From an uncultured Gemmatimonadales bacterium (lineage in GTDB: Bacteria; Gemmatimonadota; Gemmatimonadetes; Palauibacterales; Palauibacteraceae): a stretch of DNA of 64,000 nucleotides. A program made the translations under genes and the position numbers. Each line of letters opens with the position of its first letter. Position 1 is the first letter of the stretch. Positions 1 through 9,596 of this stretch are shown in pieces. The DNA is taken from the NCBI GenBank assembly GCA_963783385.1, contig CAWANJ010000006.1:416001-480000 (forward strand), given 5' to 3'. Under the pieces are notes generated by a model. The model did no database searches and was not told the DNA's origin. It was given only the letters and a program-made list of their open reading frames with translations.

Positions 1-1
1 C

Positions 2-1468
2 GGCCTCCTCGACTACGCTGTGGCCCGCCTCAAGGGGCTGGTCCAGGTGCCGGCGATCGACACGAAGCCGGGCCGGCCGATGACGGTGGCCGAGAAGATC
101 CTGGCGCGGCACTGGGTCGTGGATCTCAAGGAGGACGACATCGGGGTGCCGGCCGTGAAGGCGGGGGACACCGGCTTCGTCCGCACGGACCTGCGGTTCA
201 GCCACGAGTACGTGACGCCGATGGCGTCGAGCTTCTGGGACGACTTCGTGGGACCGGACGCCGGCCTCAACGACCCGGACAGCATCAAGTTCTTCCGGGA
301 CCACCTCGCCTTCCTGGACCAGGTGATCACCGAGGAGCGCAAGAAGGCGGGCCTCCTGGACGCGGCGCACGCCCTCCACGATCGGCAGCGCGAGTTCGCG
401 AAGCGGAAGGGCGTACGTCTGCACGGAGAGCTGACGGACCGCACCGGGAGCGAGGCGATCTGCCACATCATGGTCCAGGACCGTTACGCCCTGCCGGGCC
501 AGGTCGTGGTGGGGAGCGACTCGCACACGCCCCACTCCGGTTGTCTGGGCTGCGTGGCCTTCGGCGTGGGCACGACCGCCATCGTGAACTCGTGGGCCAC
601 GAAGGACGTCCGGCTCGAGGTCCCGCCCTCCGTGCGCGTTCGGATCACCGGGGAGAAGCCCGAGAACGTCACCGCCAAGGACATGATCCTGGAGGTGCTC
701 CGCCACCCCTACGTGCGGGACGGCAAGGCGATCGGAAAGATCATCGAGTACACGGGGGAGGCGATCGAGGCGCTGGGCATCGACGAACGCGCCACCCTCA
801 CCAACATGGCGGCCGAGGTGGGCGGCTTCACCGGGATCGTCGGCCCCGATGAGACGACGGTGGCGTGGCTGGCCGAGCGCCGCGGGCTCGACCCCGACGA
901 GGTGCGGGCCATGATCGGTGGCCTCCAGTCGGACGAGGATGCCGAGTACGAGTGGACGATGGAGATCGACGCCTCCGCGCTCAGGCCCATGGTGGCCACG
1001 CCGGGAGACCCGGGGAACGGCATTCCGATCGACGAGCTGGAGGGCCCGGTGGCGCTCGACATCGCATTCGCCGGCGCGTGCACGGCGGCCAAGCGCGAGG
1101 ACATGACCATGTACGCTCGCGTCCTCCGGGAGGCCCTGGACGAGGGCCGAGGCGTCTCCCCCGACCTGCGCTGCTACCTGCACTACGGGTCGGTGGACGT
1201 GGAGGCCTGGGCCCGCGAGCGGGGTTACGACGAGCTCTTCCGCGAGGCCGGCATCCAGGTCATGCCGCCGGGCTGCGGGGCGTGCATCAACGCCGGTCCC
1301 GGGGTGAGCACCTCGCCGGACCAGGTCTCGATCAGCTCGATCAACCGCAACTTCCCGGGCCGCAGCGGTCCGGGGAAGGTCTATCTGGCCAGTCCGTACA
1401 CGGTCATGGCGTCGGCCGTAGCCGGCCGCATCACCGCCTGGCAGCCACGGGCCGCGGTCCCGGCGTAG
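2..1468 (+). CDS. Aconitase-family dehydratase (3-isopropylmalate dehydratase/homoaconitase-like), 5'-truncated by the window edge; probably a swivel (LeuD-like) + large subunit (LeuC-like) fusion
   Basis: Motifs MTVAEKILARH, GSDSHT, FAGACT, PGCGACI, SSINRNFPGRSG, YLASP. The frame is open back to position 2 and reads GLLDYAVARLK, resembling the GGLL.Y end of a swivel domain. Confidence 0.85.
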   Translation, partial: GLLDYAVARLKGLVQVPAIDTKPGRPMTVAEKILARHWVVDLKEDDIGVPAVKAGDTGFVRTDLRFSHEYVTPMASSFWDDFVGPDAGLNDPDSIKFFRDHLAFLDQVITEERKKAGLLDAAHALHDRQREFAKRKGVRLHGELTDRTGSEAICHIMVQDRYALPGQVVVGSDSHTPHSGCLGCVAFGVGTTAIVNSWATKDVRLEVPPSVRVRITGEKPENVTAKDMILEVLRHPYVRDGKAIGKIIEYTGEAIEALGIDERATLTNMAAEVGGFTGIVGPDETTVAWLAERRGLDPDEVRAMIGGLQSDEDAEYEWTMEIDASALRPMVATPGDPGNGIPIDELEGPVALDIAFAGACTAAKREDMTMYARVLREALDEGRGVSPDLRCYLHYGSVDVEAWARERGYDELFREAGIQVMPPGCGACINAGPGVSTSPDQVSISSINRNFPGRSGPGKVYLASPYTVMASAVAGRITAWQPRAAVPA

Positions 1469-1484
1469 AGCAGGCCTGCACGCT

Positions 1485-4379
1485 TTGACCCCCCCGGGGC
1501 CCGCGGACGGGCCAGGCTCGCTGTTCGACGAGCTGCGGCGGGGGTTGGAGCACCGGGCTGACCGGACCCGGGAACGGGTGGACGAGCGCATCTGGGGACC
1601 GCTGCGGGAGCTGGCGGCGCGGCTGGGCGGGCGCGCCGGCGAGGCCCGCCACTGCGATGATCCGCTGCGCGACGCGGGCCGGGCCCTCCGCATGGCCTGC
1701 GACGAGATCGAGACGCTCTCCCTGGCCGCCGTCCTCGAAGAAGAGCTCCGCGCGCACCTCGAGGACGTCCTCCCCCTCGCCCACGCGCTGCCCCGCACCA
1801 TGGAGCTCCCGGGCGAGGGTGGCGGCCGCCGTGTCCCGGCCCGGGCGGCCGCGACCGCGGTCCTCAGGGGCGACTACCCGGTGTCTCTGGTGAAGCGGCT
1901 GCGCCCCGAGGCGCTGGTGGTCGCGCCGGCGTCCTCGCTTCCCCCGGCCCCCGCCGACCTGCTCGGCGAGGAGGACTGGCAGGCGCGACTCGCCGGCGCG
2001 GTGGAGGGAGCTTCCGAGCACCTGAGTCGCCTGCTGGACGACCTGGCGGCCGAGGCCACCGAGCAGCTCCGCCGACGCCTCCTCTCCGCGGGGCCGTTCA
2101 CGCACGTGCGGGCCAGGTGGAGGGACCGCCGGGCGAAGCGCGAGCGCGACGAGGCGCTGACCGCCCTGCGGCGGTCGCTGGCGGAGGCGGACGCCGAGGC
2201 CGAGGCCGAGCTCCGGCGCCGACGGCTGGCAGCCGACCTGGCGCGCCGCGAGCGGGCCCTGCGGGACATGGCATCCACCTCGGCGGAGCTGACCCGCGCC
2301 CTGGCGAGCGAGGGCGCGCGGATCCGCCGGATCGCCGAGGGACTGGAAGCCCTGGCCTCCGGCGAGCGTCCCATTCTTATCGATGGAGCCGCGGGCGAGG
2401 GTGAGTCGGCGCTCGGCCAACTGGTCGAGCGAATCCAGGCGGCCCTGGAGGAACGCCGGCAAGCGCTGGGCCCCGCGTCTCCGGACGGCGAGCGGCTCGA
2501 CGCGGCCGTGACCCGCCTCGCACAACGCGCCGCCGCGCTGGGTGGGGTGGCCGAGGATTTCCTGGCCCGTGACGGGGGCGTCGCCGACACGGCGGAGAGG
2601 CCCGCGCCGCAGGAGCCGGGGGGCGAGCTGGCCGAGCTGGCTCGCGGAGCCTGCGAGGAGCTGCACGCCGAGGTGCACGCTCGCATCGCGGAGGCGCGCG
2701 AGGGACTCCAGGAAGCGGGAGAGATCGTGCGTCACGGAGTCGAGGCGGCCCGGGCCACCACCCTGGAGGAAGAGGCCGGGGCCCCGGCGCGTCCGGGGGG
2801 ATGGGATCCCGAGGCCGCCCGAGAAGCCTGCCGGCGGGCCGCCCACCGTCTGCGCGACACCGCGGCGAAGCTGGAGGCGGAGCTCGAGTCGACGGCCGTA
2901 CATCTCGAATCGGTGCCCGACCGGATCCTCGCCGCCCTCCGCGAACGACTGGTCCCCGGGCACGGCGCCAGCCGGCACCCGGCGCCGGGCGCCCTGGGCC
3001 AGGGGGAGTCGCGGCCGTCGTCCCGGGCCGGGCGGCGATTCGTGCGCCGGGCCCGCGCTTACCTGCGGGCGATGTGGCGGGCCGTGGCCCGGGCGTGGCG
3101 GGCCGTGGCCACCTGGGTGCTCCACCTGGTCGCGGTCCCCGCCGCGGCTCCGGAGCGGGAAGGGCAGCAGGTGCGACGGCCCGGCGGGGGGGCGGGCATC
3201 GCGGCGCTCGTGTCCGATTTCGAAGCGGGCTCGGACCTGTCGGGTCTGCCCGCCAATTACCGGTGGCTGTTCCGACCGGAGCCCCTCGACGACCCTCGAC
3301 TCGTGGTGGGGCGGGACGGGGCGCTGGAGCGCCTTCGCGCGGCACGGGCCCGCCTCGCAGAGGGCGACCCGGCCGCGGTGGCCGTGGTGGGAGGACCCGG
3401 AAGCGGCAAGACCACGCTGCTCAACGCCCTCGTCTCCGAGGTGGGTGCGGAGGAGGTGCTGCGGAGCGGCTCCGTCGACCGGCGCCTGGCTACCCGGTCG
3501 GACGTGCTCGCCTGGCTCGGCTCCTTCCTGTTTCCCGGAGAGGGTGGCGGAGGACCGGGCGGGGGCGCCCCGGCCGCCGAGCCTTCCGCCCTGGTTCAGG
3601 CGCTCGAGGGACGCCGCGAGCTCGTGCTCCTCGAGAACGGGGAGCGCCTGTTCCGCCGCCAGGTGGGGGGGTACGGCGCGCTGACGGCGTTCACCGAGTT
3701 CATCGACGCGACGGCCGGACGGCTGGGATGGATCGTGACGTTCGAGACGCTGCCGTGGAAGTTCATCCGCAGCGTGAGCTCCCTGGCGGGCGCGTTCGAC
3801 GAGGTGCTGGAGCTCGGTCCGCTGGACCGGTCGCAGCTCGAGGAGGCGGTAATGGCGCGTCACCGGCTGACGGGCTACGACCTGGAGTTCCGGCCCCCCG
3901 AGGCCGGCCTCTCGGGCGCCCAGGCCGCGCGGCTCCAGGCGATGGGGGAGAAGGCGCGGCAGGCGTGGCTGCGCGACCGTTGCTTCGACCACGTCCACGG
4001 CGACGGCCACCGGGACGTGGGGGAGGCCCTGCTCCTGTGGCGCCGCTGCGTGCGCGCGGACCCGGGCCGACCGGCGACGGTCGCGGCGCGGCCGACGCCG
4101 ATCCCCGATCCTTCCCCGATGGCCGAGCTCGACCGGGCGGTGCTGTTCGTGCTCGCGGCGGTCGCCATCCACGGGGACCTGGACCGGAAGGCGGCCACCG
4201 AGGCGGCGGGCGGGTCGGCGGGGCCGGGGGCGCTGCACCTGCTGGAGACCTCGGGCCTCCTGGAGCCGGTCGGGGGACCGCCCCCGGCGCGGCTGCGCAT
4301 CCGCCCGTTCCTGCACCGGATCGTGGCGAACCGGCTGAGGGATGCCAACGTGCTGCCGCTGGCGGGAGGTGAGGGTTGA
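1485..4379 (+). CDS. Large protein with helical N-terminal region and C-terminal P-loop (AAA-type) ATPase domain
   Basis: Walker A GGPGSGKTT, Walker B-like LVLLENGE, and a VVGRD pre-P-loop motif. The stop overlaps the start of the mscS-like gene. Confidence 0.7.
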   Translation: MTPPGPADGPGSLFDELRRGLEHRADRTRERVDERIWGPLRELAARLGGRAGEARHCDDPLRDAGRALRMACDEIETLSLAAVLEEELRAHLEDVLPLAHALPRTMELPGEGGGRRVPARAAATAVLRGDYPVSLVKRLRPEALVVAPASSLPPAPADLLGEEDWQARLAGAVEGASEHLSRLLDDLAAEATEQLRRRLLSAGPFTHVRARWRDRRAKRERDEALTALRRSLAEADAEAEAELRRRRLAADLARRERALRDMASTSAELTRALASEGARIRRIAEGLEALASGERPILIDGAAGEGESALGQLVERIQAALEERRQALGPASPDGERLDAAVTRLAQRAAALGGVAEDFLARDGGVADTAERPAPQEPGGELAELARGACEELHAEVHARIAEAREGLQEAGEIVRHGVEAARATTLEEEAGAPARPGGWDPEAAREACRRAAHRLRDTAAKLEAELESTAVHLESVPDRILAALRERLVPGHGASRHPAPGALGQGESRPSSRAGRRFVRRARAYLRAMWRAVARAWRAVATWVLHLVAVPAAAPEREGQQVRRPGGGAGIAALVSDFEAGSDLSGLPANYRWLFRPEPLDDPRLVVGRDGALERLRAARARLAEGDPAAVAVVGGPGSGKTTLLNALVSEVGAEEVLRSGSVDRRLATRSDVLAWLGSFLFPGEGGGGPGGGAPAAEPSALVQALEGRRELVLLENGERLFRRQVGGYGALTAFTEFIDATAGRLGWIVTFETLPWKFIRSVSSLAGAFDEVLELGPLDRSQLEEAVMARHRLTGYDLEFRPPEAGLSGAQAARLQAMGEKARQAWLRDRCFDHVHGDGHRDVGEALLLWRRCVRADPGRPATVAARPTPIPDPSPMAELDRAVLFVLAAVAIHGDLDRKAATEAAGGSAGPGALHLLETSGLLEPVGGPPPARLRIRPFLHRIVANRLRDANVLPLAGGEG

Positions 4380-5200
4380 ACCAGGTCGCGAACCCGTCCC
4401 AGGCCCTGGAGCGCGCCCTGGACGCCCTGACCCTGGGGCGCGTGGTGGCCGTGCTGCTCATCCTCGCCGGAGCGTGGGCGCTGAGCTGGGCGGTCAGCCG
4501 ACTCCTCGACCGGATCGCCGAGCGCTATCCCAGGACGCGGATGCGGCTCAAGCAGGTCGCTCCGCTGCTCCGGGTGTTCCTGTGGCTGGGTGCGCTGTAC
4601 GTGATCGTGTTCGGCGTGTTCAGGCCCGAGGAGGCGAGCACGCTGGCGGGGGTGGTGGCCGGGGCCGCGATCGGCATCGGACTGGCGGCCCAGGATCTCC
4701 TTCGAGACCTCATCGGCGGCTTCACCCTCATCCTCGACCGCCCGTTCGGCATCGGCGACCGGGTCCGGATCGGGGAGCATTACGGGGAGATCATCTCCAT
4801 GGGCCTGTGCTCCGTACGGCTGCGGACCCCCGAGGACACGCAGGTCGCGGTGCCGAACGCGTTGGTGGTGCGGACCGCGGTCTCGAACGCGAGCAGCGGG
4901 AACGTGGGCTGCCAGGTGGTGAGCGAGATCTGGCTGCCGGCCGACGCGCCGGTGGCCGAGGTGCGCAGGCTGGCGTTCGAGGCCGCCGCCTCCTCGCGGT
5001 TCGCGGACCTGTCGCGTCCCGTCGAGGTCGCCGCCGAGACGGCCTTCCGGCACACCTTCCTGGTCCTCCTGCGCGTGAAGGCCTACGTGCTGGACCACCG
5101 CGACGAAGTGCGCTTCCGGACCGACGTCGTGCAGCGGGTGCAGGAGGAGCTAGTGCGGCGCGGGATCATCGACCGCGCCATGGTCCTTCCGCGCGACTGA
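4376..5200 (+). CDS. mscS: Small-conductance mechanosensitive channel family protein
   Basis: Three TM segments plus IGIGLAAQDLLRDLIGG, DRPFGIGDRVRIG and VPN motifs typical of MscS. Confidence 0.9.
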   Translation: MNQVANPSQALERALDALTLGRVVAVLLILAGAWALSWAVSRLLDRIAERYPRTRMRLKQVAPLLRVFLWLGALYVIVFGVFRPEEASTLAGVVAGAAIGIGLAAQDLLRDLIGGFTLILDRPFGIGDRVRIGEHYGEIISMGLCSVRLRTPEDTQVAVPNALVVRTAVSNASSGNVGCQVVSEIWLPADAPVAEVRRLAFEAAASSRFADLSRPVEVAAETAFRHTFLVLLRVKAYVLDHRDEVRFRTDVVQRVQEELVRRGIIDRAMVLPRD

Positions 5201-5210
5201 GGGCCGCGAG

Positions 5211-5247
5211 GGTCGGGCGCCCGTTCGGCGCCGTCTCGCGCCCGACC
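5211..5247. terminator. GC-rich hairpin between convergent genes
   Basis: GGTCGGGCGC (5211-5220) pairs with GCGCCCGACC (5238-5247), between the mscS stop and the patatin-like stop. No U-tract. Confidence 0.45.
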
Positions 5248-5248
5248 T

Positions 5249-6790
5249 TCAGATTCTCAGGTCCGCCAGCGCCTCACGCAGGTGAGCGGCCCCCCGCCGG
5301 CGGGCCCCGGACCGGCCCATACCGAACAGGGTCCCGGCCAGGCCGCCGGGCCGGACGGCCTCGAGCCACCGGTCCACCTCGGCCTCGAGGAAGCGGTCCA
5401 GACGGCGTCGGTCGGCGGCCGGAAGCGTGTCCAGCCCGGCTCGCACGGGAGCCGGATCATCGCCGCTCGCCTCGGCCGCTTCACCCGGGAGATCGGGCAT
5501 GCCCTCGGCCAGGGCGCGCCGCAGGTCGCGGCGGCCCGCCTCGAAGTCGTGCGAACGCCACGCCCGGCACAGGGGCCCGGCGAGCCCTCCGAGCGCGGGC
5601 CCGGCCAGGGGCCGGTCGGCCGGCGGAGCCACGGCGTGGAGGCGCCCGGAGGCCTGGCCGCCCAGGCCGCTCGCCTCCTCGAGGATAAAGATCAGCTTGG
5701 CGAGCCGGGTCCTTCCGGCCCGCGTCTCGATGCCCCGGAACGCCGCGGAGTAGCGGGGATCGTCGGAGATCCTCTCGACATCCCGGTCCAGGACCGCCAG
5801 GCCCGGGTCGGCCGCTTCGTCCCGTGGCATCTCACCGCGCGCCACTCGCCGGTCGGCCACCTCCTCGGCCAGGGCGCCGATGCGGCGGCCCGTGGCTATG
5901 GCCCGGGGATCGTCCAGGTCGCCGCTGAGCTCCCCGATCTGCTCCGCGAGGCCGGCGACGGCCGCGATCCGGTCCTGGCGCAGCGCCTCGTCGTGCCACG
6001 CGGCGGCCGGATCCGTCCCGCCGAGCGCCGCCACAAGTGAGGCGAGCGGGCCCTCTCCCGCCGTCCGGGCCCGGGCGAACCCGGGCGGTTCGGCTCCTGC
6101 GAACAACCGCGGCTCGATCACCACGGCCTCCCAGCGGACGCCCGTGGAGCCGGCGACGCGGGCCGTCAGGGCTCGGGCGAGCGCGGCCGGGGAGTCGCCG
6201 CCGGCCTCGCCGTCACAGGCCAGGAGGGTCCCGTCCCGTCCCTCGAGCCGCACGGCTGGCTGGAGGCCGGGTGTGGCCGATGCGGCCAGGGCGGCCGTGG
6301 CCAGGCGCGACCACACCGGGTCCCCGGCGCCGTGCCGCGTGCCCAGCTCGAACAGGGCCGAACGGACCGGGGCGCCCGAGGGGCGGACCGGCGTGAGTGG
6401 AAAGGCGACCTGGAGGGAGCCGCCGAAGCGCGCCGATGGGCGGTCGTCCGCGGCGGGGTCGCCGGCGATCAGGGTGTGCGCGAGCTCGTGCAGCGGTCCG
6501 GAGGCCAGAAGGCCGTCGCGGTCGGGGCGGCCGGGATCGAGCAGCACGCCGGCATCCAGGGCGTCGACCCAGGTCCGCTCGATCCACGGAACGAGGCCCG
6601 GGTTGACCACGAGTGCGCGGGCGGCGATCGCGGCCGGGAGGGCCGCCGCGGAGCTGGCGACGATCACGTCCAGCGTGGGCGGGTCGGCCGCTTGGACCCG
6701 TTCCAGCGCCGTCAGGAGCTCCACGACCGCCCCGGCCGCGTAGGAGCCGCCGCCGGGACCACCACCCAGGATGAGAGCGATCTTCCTCAC
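5249..6790 (-). CDS. Patatin-like phospholipase family protein with degenerate motifs
   Basis: GTG start at 6790. Gly-rich ILGGGPGGGSYAAG, nucleophile elbow VIVASSAAA (vs GxSxG), ASATPGLQPAV, and DGE in place of DGG. Confidence 0.7.
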   Translation of the reverse strand: MRKIALILGGGPGGGSYAAGAVVELLTALERVQAADPPTLDVIVASSAAALPAAIAARALVVNPGLVPWIERTWVDALDAGVLLDPGRPDRDGLLASGPLHELAHTLIAGDPAADDRPSARFGGSLQVAFPLTPVRPSGAPVRSALFELGTRHGAGDPVWSRLATAALAASATPGLQPAVRLEGRDGTLLACDGEAGGDSPAALARALTARVAGSTGVRWEAVVIEPRLFAGAEPPGFARARTAGEGPLASLVAALGGTDPAAAWHDEALRQDRIAAVAGLAEQIGELSGDLDDPRAIATGRRIGALAEEVADRRVARGEMPRDEAADPGLAVLDRDVERISDDPRYSAAFRGIETRAGRTRLAKLIFILEEASGLGGQASGRLHAVAPPADRPLAGPALGGLAGPLCRAWRSHDFEAGRRDLRRALAEGMPDLPGEAAEASGDDPAPVRAGLDTLPAADRRRLDRFLEAEVDRWLEAVRPGGLAGTLFGMGRSGARRRGAAHLREALADLRI

Positions 6791-6917
6791 GTTCCCCCGA
6801 ATCTTCGCCGACTGTACGTGTCGACCCGAGTGCCGGGCCGATCGCGGTGGACCGGAAAGTGGATCCCGTCCCCGGCCCGGGCAAGCGGGGGGGGGAGGGA
6901 CGGCGTGGGATCTCGGC

Positions 6918-8043
6918 TCAGCGTGATCCGGGTACGGAGTCCCGCGCCGATGCACCCGACCCATCGGACTCGGCGGGTGCATGCAGCTGGAAGAGGCTGC
7001 GGGCATCCAGCGGCACTCCGTCCACGTACAGGCCCCAGTGCAGGTGGGGACCGGTGACCCGGCCCGTGGCCCCGACCTGCCCGATGAGCTGACCCCGCCC
7101 GACCAGCTCGCCCTCGTGGACGTCCACGCGCGACAGGTGGTCGTAGCTGCTGTACACGCCGAGGCCGTGGTCCAGGTAGACGGCGTTGCCCGTGTAGTAG
7201 AAGTGCCCGATCAGAGCCACGCGGCCCCGAGCCGCGGCGCGCACCGGCTCGCCGGTGTGACCGCGGATGTCGACTCCGGTGTGCCGGCTCTTGAGCTCGC
7301 CGTTGAAGATGCGTCGCTGCCCGAACGGGCTGGTGATCTTGCCGTGACGGGGCCACGCGAACGCGTGCCGGGGCAGCCAGGCATCCGTGGCGTGATCGAG
7401 GACGGAACGCACGGTCTCGCGGTCCGCCGCGATCTTCGCGAGAGCGCTCTTCGGCGGACTGGCGAACCGGGGAGCCACGCGCAGGCGCGTGAAGGGAAAG
7501 TCGTACGACGCGATGCGGAAGGTCATGCTGTCGGTCGCCACCGAGTCGGCCGACAGCCGGTAGCGGAGCACGAGCTCCGGCTCCCCGGCGGAGCCGATCG
7601 GCGCCGGCGCGACCCCGAACCAGCCGCCCTGTACGGGCGCGAAGTGGACGGGCCATTTCCCCAGCCGACCCTCTACCGACAGGGGATGGCGACCCGCGGT
7701 GGGCTGGAGGAGGTGGATCCCGATGGCCTCGCCTTCACGCGGGGTGCTGGGGTCCCAGCGCACCCCGAGCGGGAGCCAGGGAAGGAGAGGCGGGGAGACG
7801 TCGACCGGCTCGAGCTGCACGGAGGGAGCGGCCCGCGAGGTGTCCGCGTGGGCCGGCTCGGGCGCCCGCGGAGCGGCCACCGGCTGGGGCGGCGGGGTCG
7901 TCCCGCCGCACGCCGCGACCAGCAGCCCGATGGCGCACAGGAGGATCCGGCCCGCCGGCCGGCGGAGACGGGGCCTGCGGGCGCGAGTGGCAGCGGTCTC
8001 GTGGAAGGTGGTCGTCGGCATCGGCCTCGGGTGACTCGGCATG
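6918..8043 (-). CDS. M23 family metallopeptidase, lipoprotein
   Basis: Lipobox LLVAAC, HTGVD (HxxxD), YDHLS, GATGRVTGPHLHW. Start uncertain (8043 or 8022). Confidence 0.88.
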
Positions 8044-8208
8044 GGCGTCGAGGGGACAGGTTGCGCCCGGTGCCGCCGGGAGGGCAAGGTCCGGCCGGAT
8101 CGCGGTGTCCCCCGTCGGCGCCCCGGGGCGGCCTGGCGGCTCACACGCGAAGGAAGCGGGACAGGCCGAACCAGCGGTCCATCCGGCGCGCGACGGGCGG
8201 CGGCTTGC

Positions 8209-8237
8209 TTGCCGGCCCCTCCGGGCCCCGGTAGCTT
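8209..8237 (+). promoter_or_regulatory. Putative sigma70-type promoter of the spt operon
   Basis: TTGCCG (8209-8214) - 17 nt - TAGCTT (8232-8237), about 85 nt upstream of the spt ATG. Confidence 0.5.
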
Positions 8238-8323
8238 TCGCGGCTACCGCCAAAACGGTGCACACACGCGAGCGGTTCCGGACGCACGCGTCCGCTCCAG
8301 GAACCCGGAGAGGTCCCGACAGC

Positions 8324-9505
8324 ATGCACGTTTTCGCGAAATGCGAGAACTTCACGACGGCCCGCGACCTTCGCGCTCGCGGACTGTACCCGTACTTCCA
8401 GCGGATCGAGCGCTCCTACGACACGACCGTGGTGATCGGTGGCCACGAGAAGGTCATGGTCGGGTCGAACAACTACATGGGGCTCACCCACGATCCGCGC
8501 ATCATCGAGGCCGCCAAGGAGGCGCTCGATCGGTACGGTAGCGGGAACACGGGCAGCCGCTTCCTGAACGGCAACCTGGACCTCCACGACAGGCTGGAGG
8601 AGGAGCTGGCCGACTTCGTCGGCAAGGAGGCCGCCCTCGTGTTCAGCACGGGCTACCAGACGAACCTGGGGACCCTGGGCGCGCTCATCGGCCGCAACGA
8701 CACCGTGTACGTCGACAAGTTCGACCACGCCTGCATCCAGGACGGCGCGCGGCTGGGCTTCGGCGACGTGCAGCGCTTCACCCACGGGGACTACGACGGC
8801 CTCCAGCGCATGATGGCCTCGGAGCGGGAGACCCGGGGCAAGCTCGTGGCGGTGGACGGGGTGTACAGCATGGAGGGCGACCTGGCGGACCTGCCACGCC
8901 TGGTCGAGATCAAGGAGGAGTTCGACGCGCCGCTGATGGTGGACGATGCTCACGCGCTGGGCGTGATCGGCCCCGAGGGCAACGGCACCGCGGCCCACTT
9001 CGGCCTGACCGACGAGGTGGACCTCATCACCGGCACCTTCAGCAAGTCGTTCGCCTCGATCGGAGGGTTCGTGGCGGGGAACGCCACGGTGATCGATTAC
9101 CTGCGCAACCACGCCCGGGCCCTGATCTTCAGCGCCAGCATGCCTCCGGCCTCCGTGGCCACCGTCCTCAAGGCCCTCGAGATCATTCGCGCCGAGCCCG
9201 AGCGCCGCGAGCGGCTGTGGCGGAACACCCGCAAGATGATGGAGGGCCTCAAGAGCCTGGGCTTCGACATAGGGCCCACGGAGACGCCCATCATCCCGAT
9301 CCTCGTCGGTCCGATGGACAAGACGTTCCGGTTCTGGAAGATCCTGTTCGACGAAGGGGTGTTCACCAACCCGGTGGTGCCGCCGGCCGTGCCCGAGGGC
9401 AGCTGCCGCCTGCGCACCAGCTACATGGCCACCCACACGGATGAGCACCTCGACTTCGTCCTGGAGAAGATCGGGACGATCGGCGCCGAGCTCGGGGTCG
9501 TATGA
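8324..9505 (+). CDS. spt: Serine palmitoyltransferase-like alpha-oxoamine synthase (PLP)
   Basis: GLYPYF N-terminus, GSNNYMGL, GSRFLNG, DKFDHACI, VDDAH, GTFSKS, FSASMPP, VFTNPVVPPAVP. Context with cerS/cerR-like genes favours SPT over BioF/Kbl. Confidence 0.8.
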   Translation: MHVFAKCENFTTARDLRARGLYPYFQRIERSYDTTVVIGGHEKVMVGSNNYMGLTHDPRIIEAAKEALDRYGSGNTGSRFLNGNLDLHDRLEEELADFVGKEAALVFSTGYQTNLGTLGALIGRNDTVYVDKFDHACIQDGARLGFGDVQRFTHGDYDGLQRMMASERETRGKLVAVDGVYSMEGDLADLPRLVEIKEEFDAPLMVDDAHALGVIGPEGNGTAAHFGLTDEVDLITGTFSKSFASIGGFVAGNATVIDYLRNHARALIFSASMPPASVATVLKALEIIRAEPERRERLWRNTRKMMEGLKSLGFDIGPTETPIIPILVGPMDKTFRFWKILFDEGVFTNPVVPPAVPEGSCRLRTSYMATHTDEHLDFVLEKIGTIGAELGVV

Positions 9506-9596
9506 GCGTACGGCCCGACTCCCGCGAGCCGGCCCCGTCCCCCAGCGAAGCACCGGAGTCTCCGAAGCGCGAGCCGTCCCGCCCGGCCGGGGAGCG

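Noticed and set aside
8231-8248. Shared RNA motif between the GTAGC-TTTCGCG-GCTAC hairpin and the CGTAGCC..GGCTACG hairpin at 31587-31610
   Set aside because: The match is short, the two lie in opposite orientation relative to their genes, and the first overlaps a -10 box; likely coincidence.
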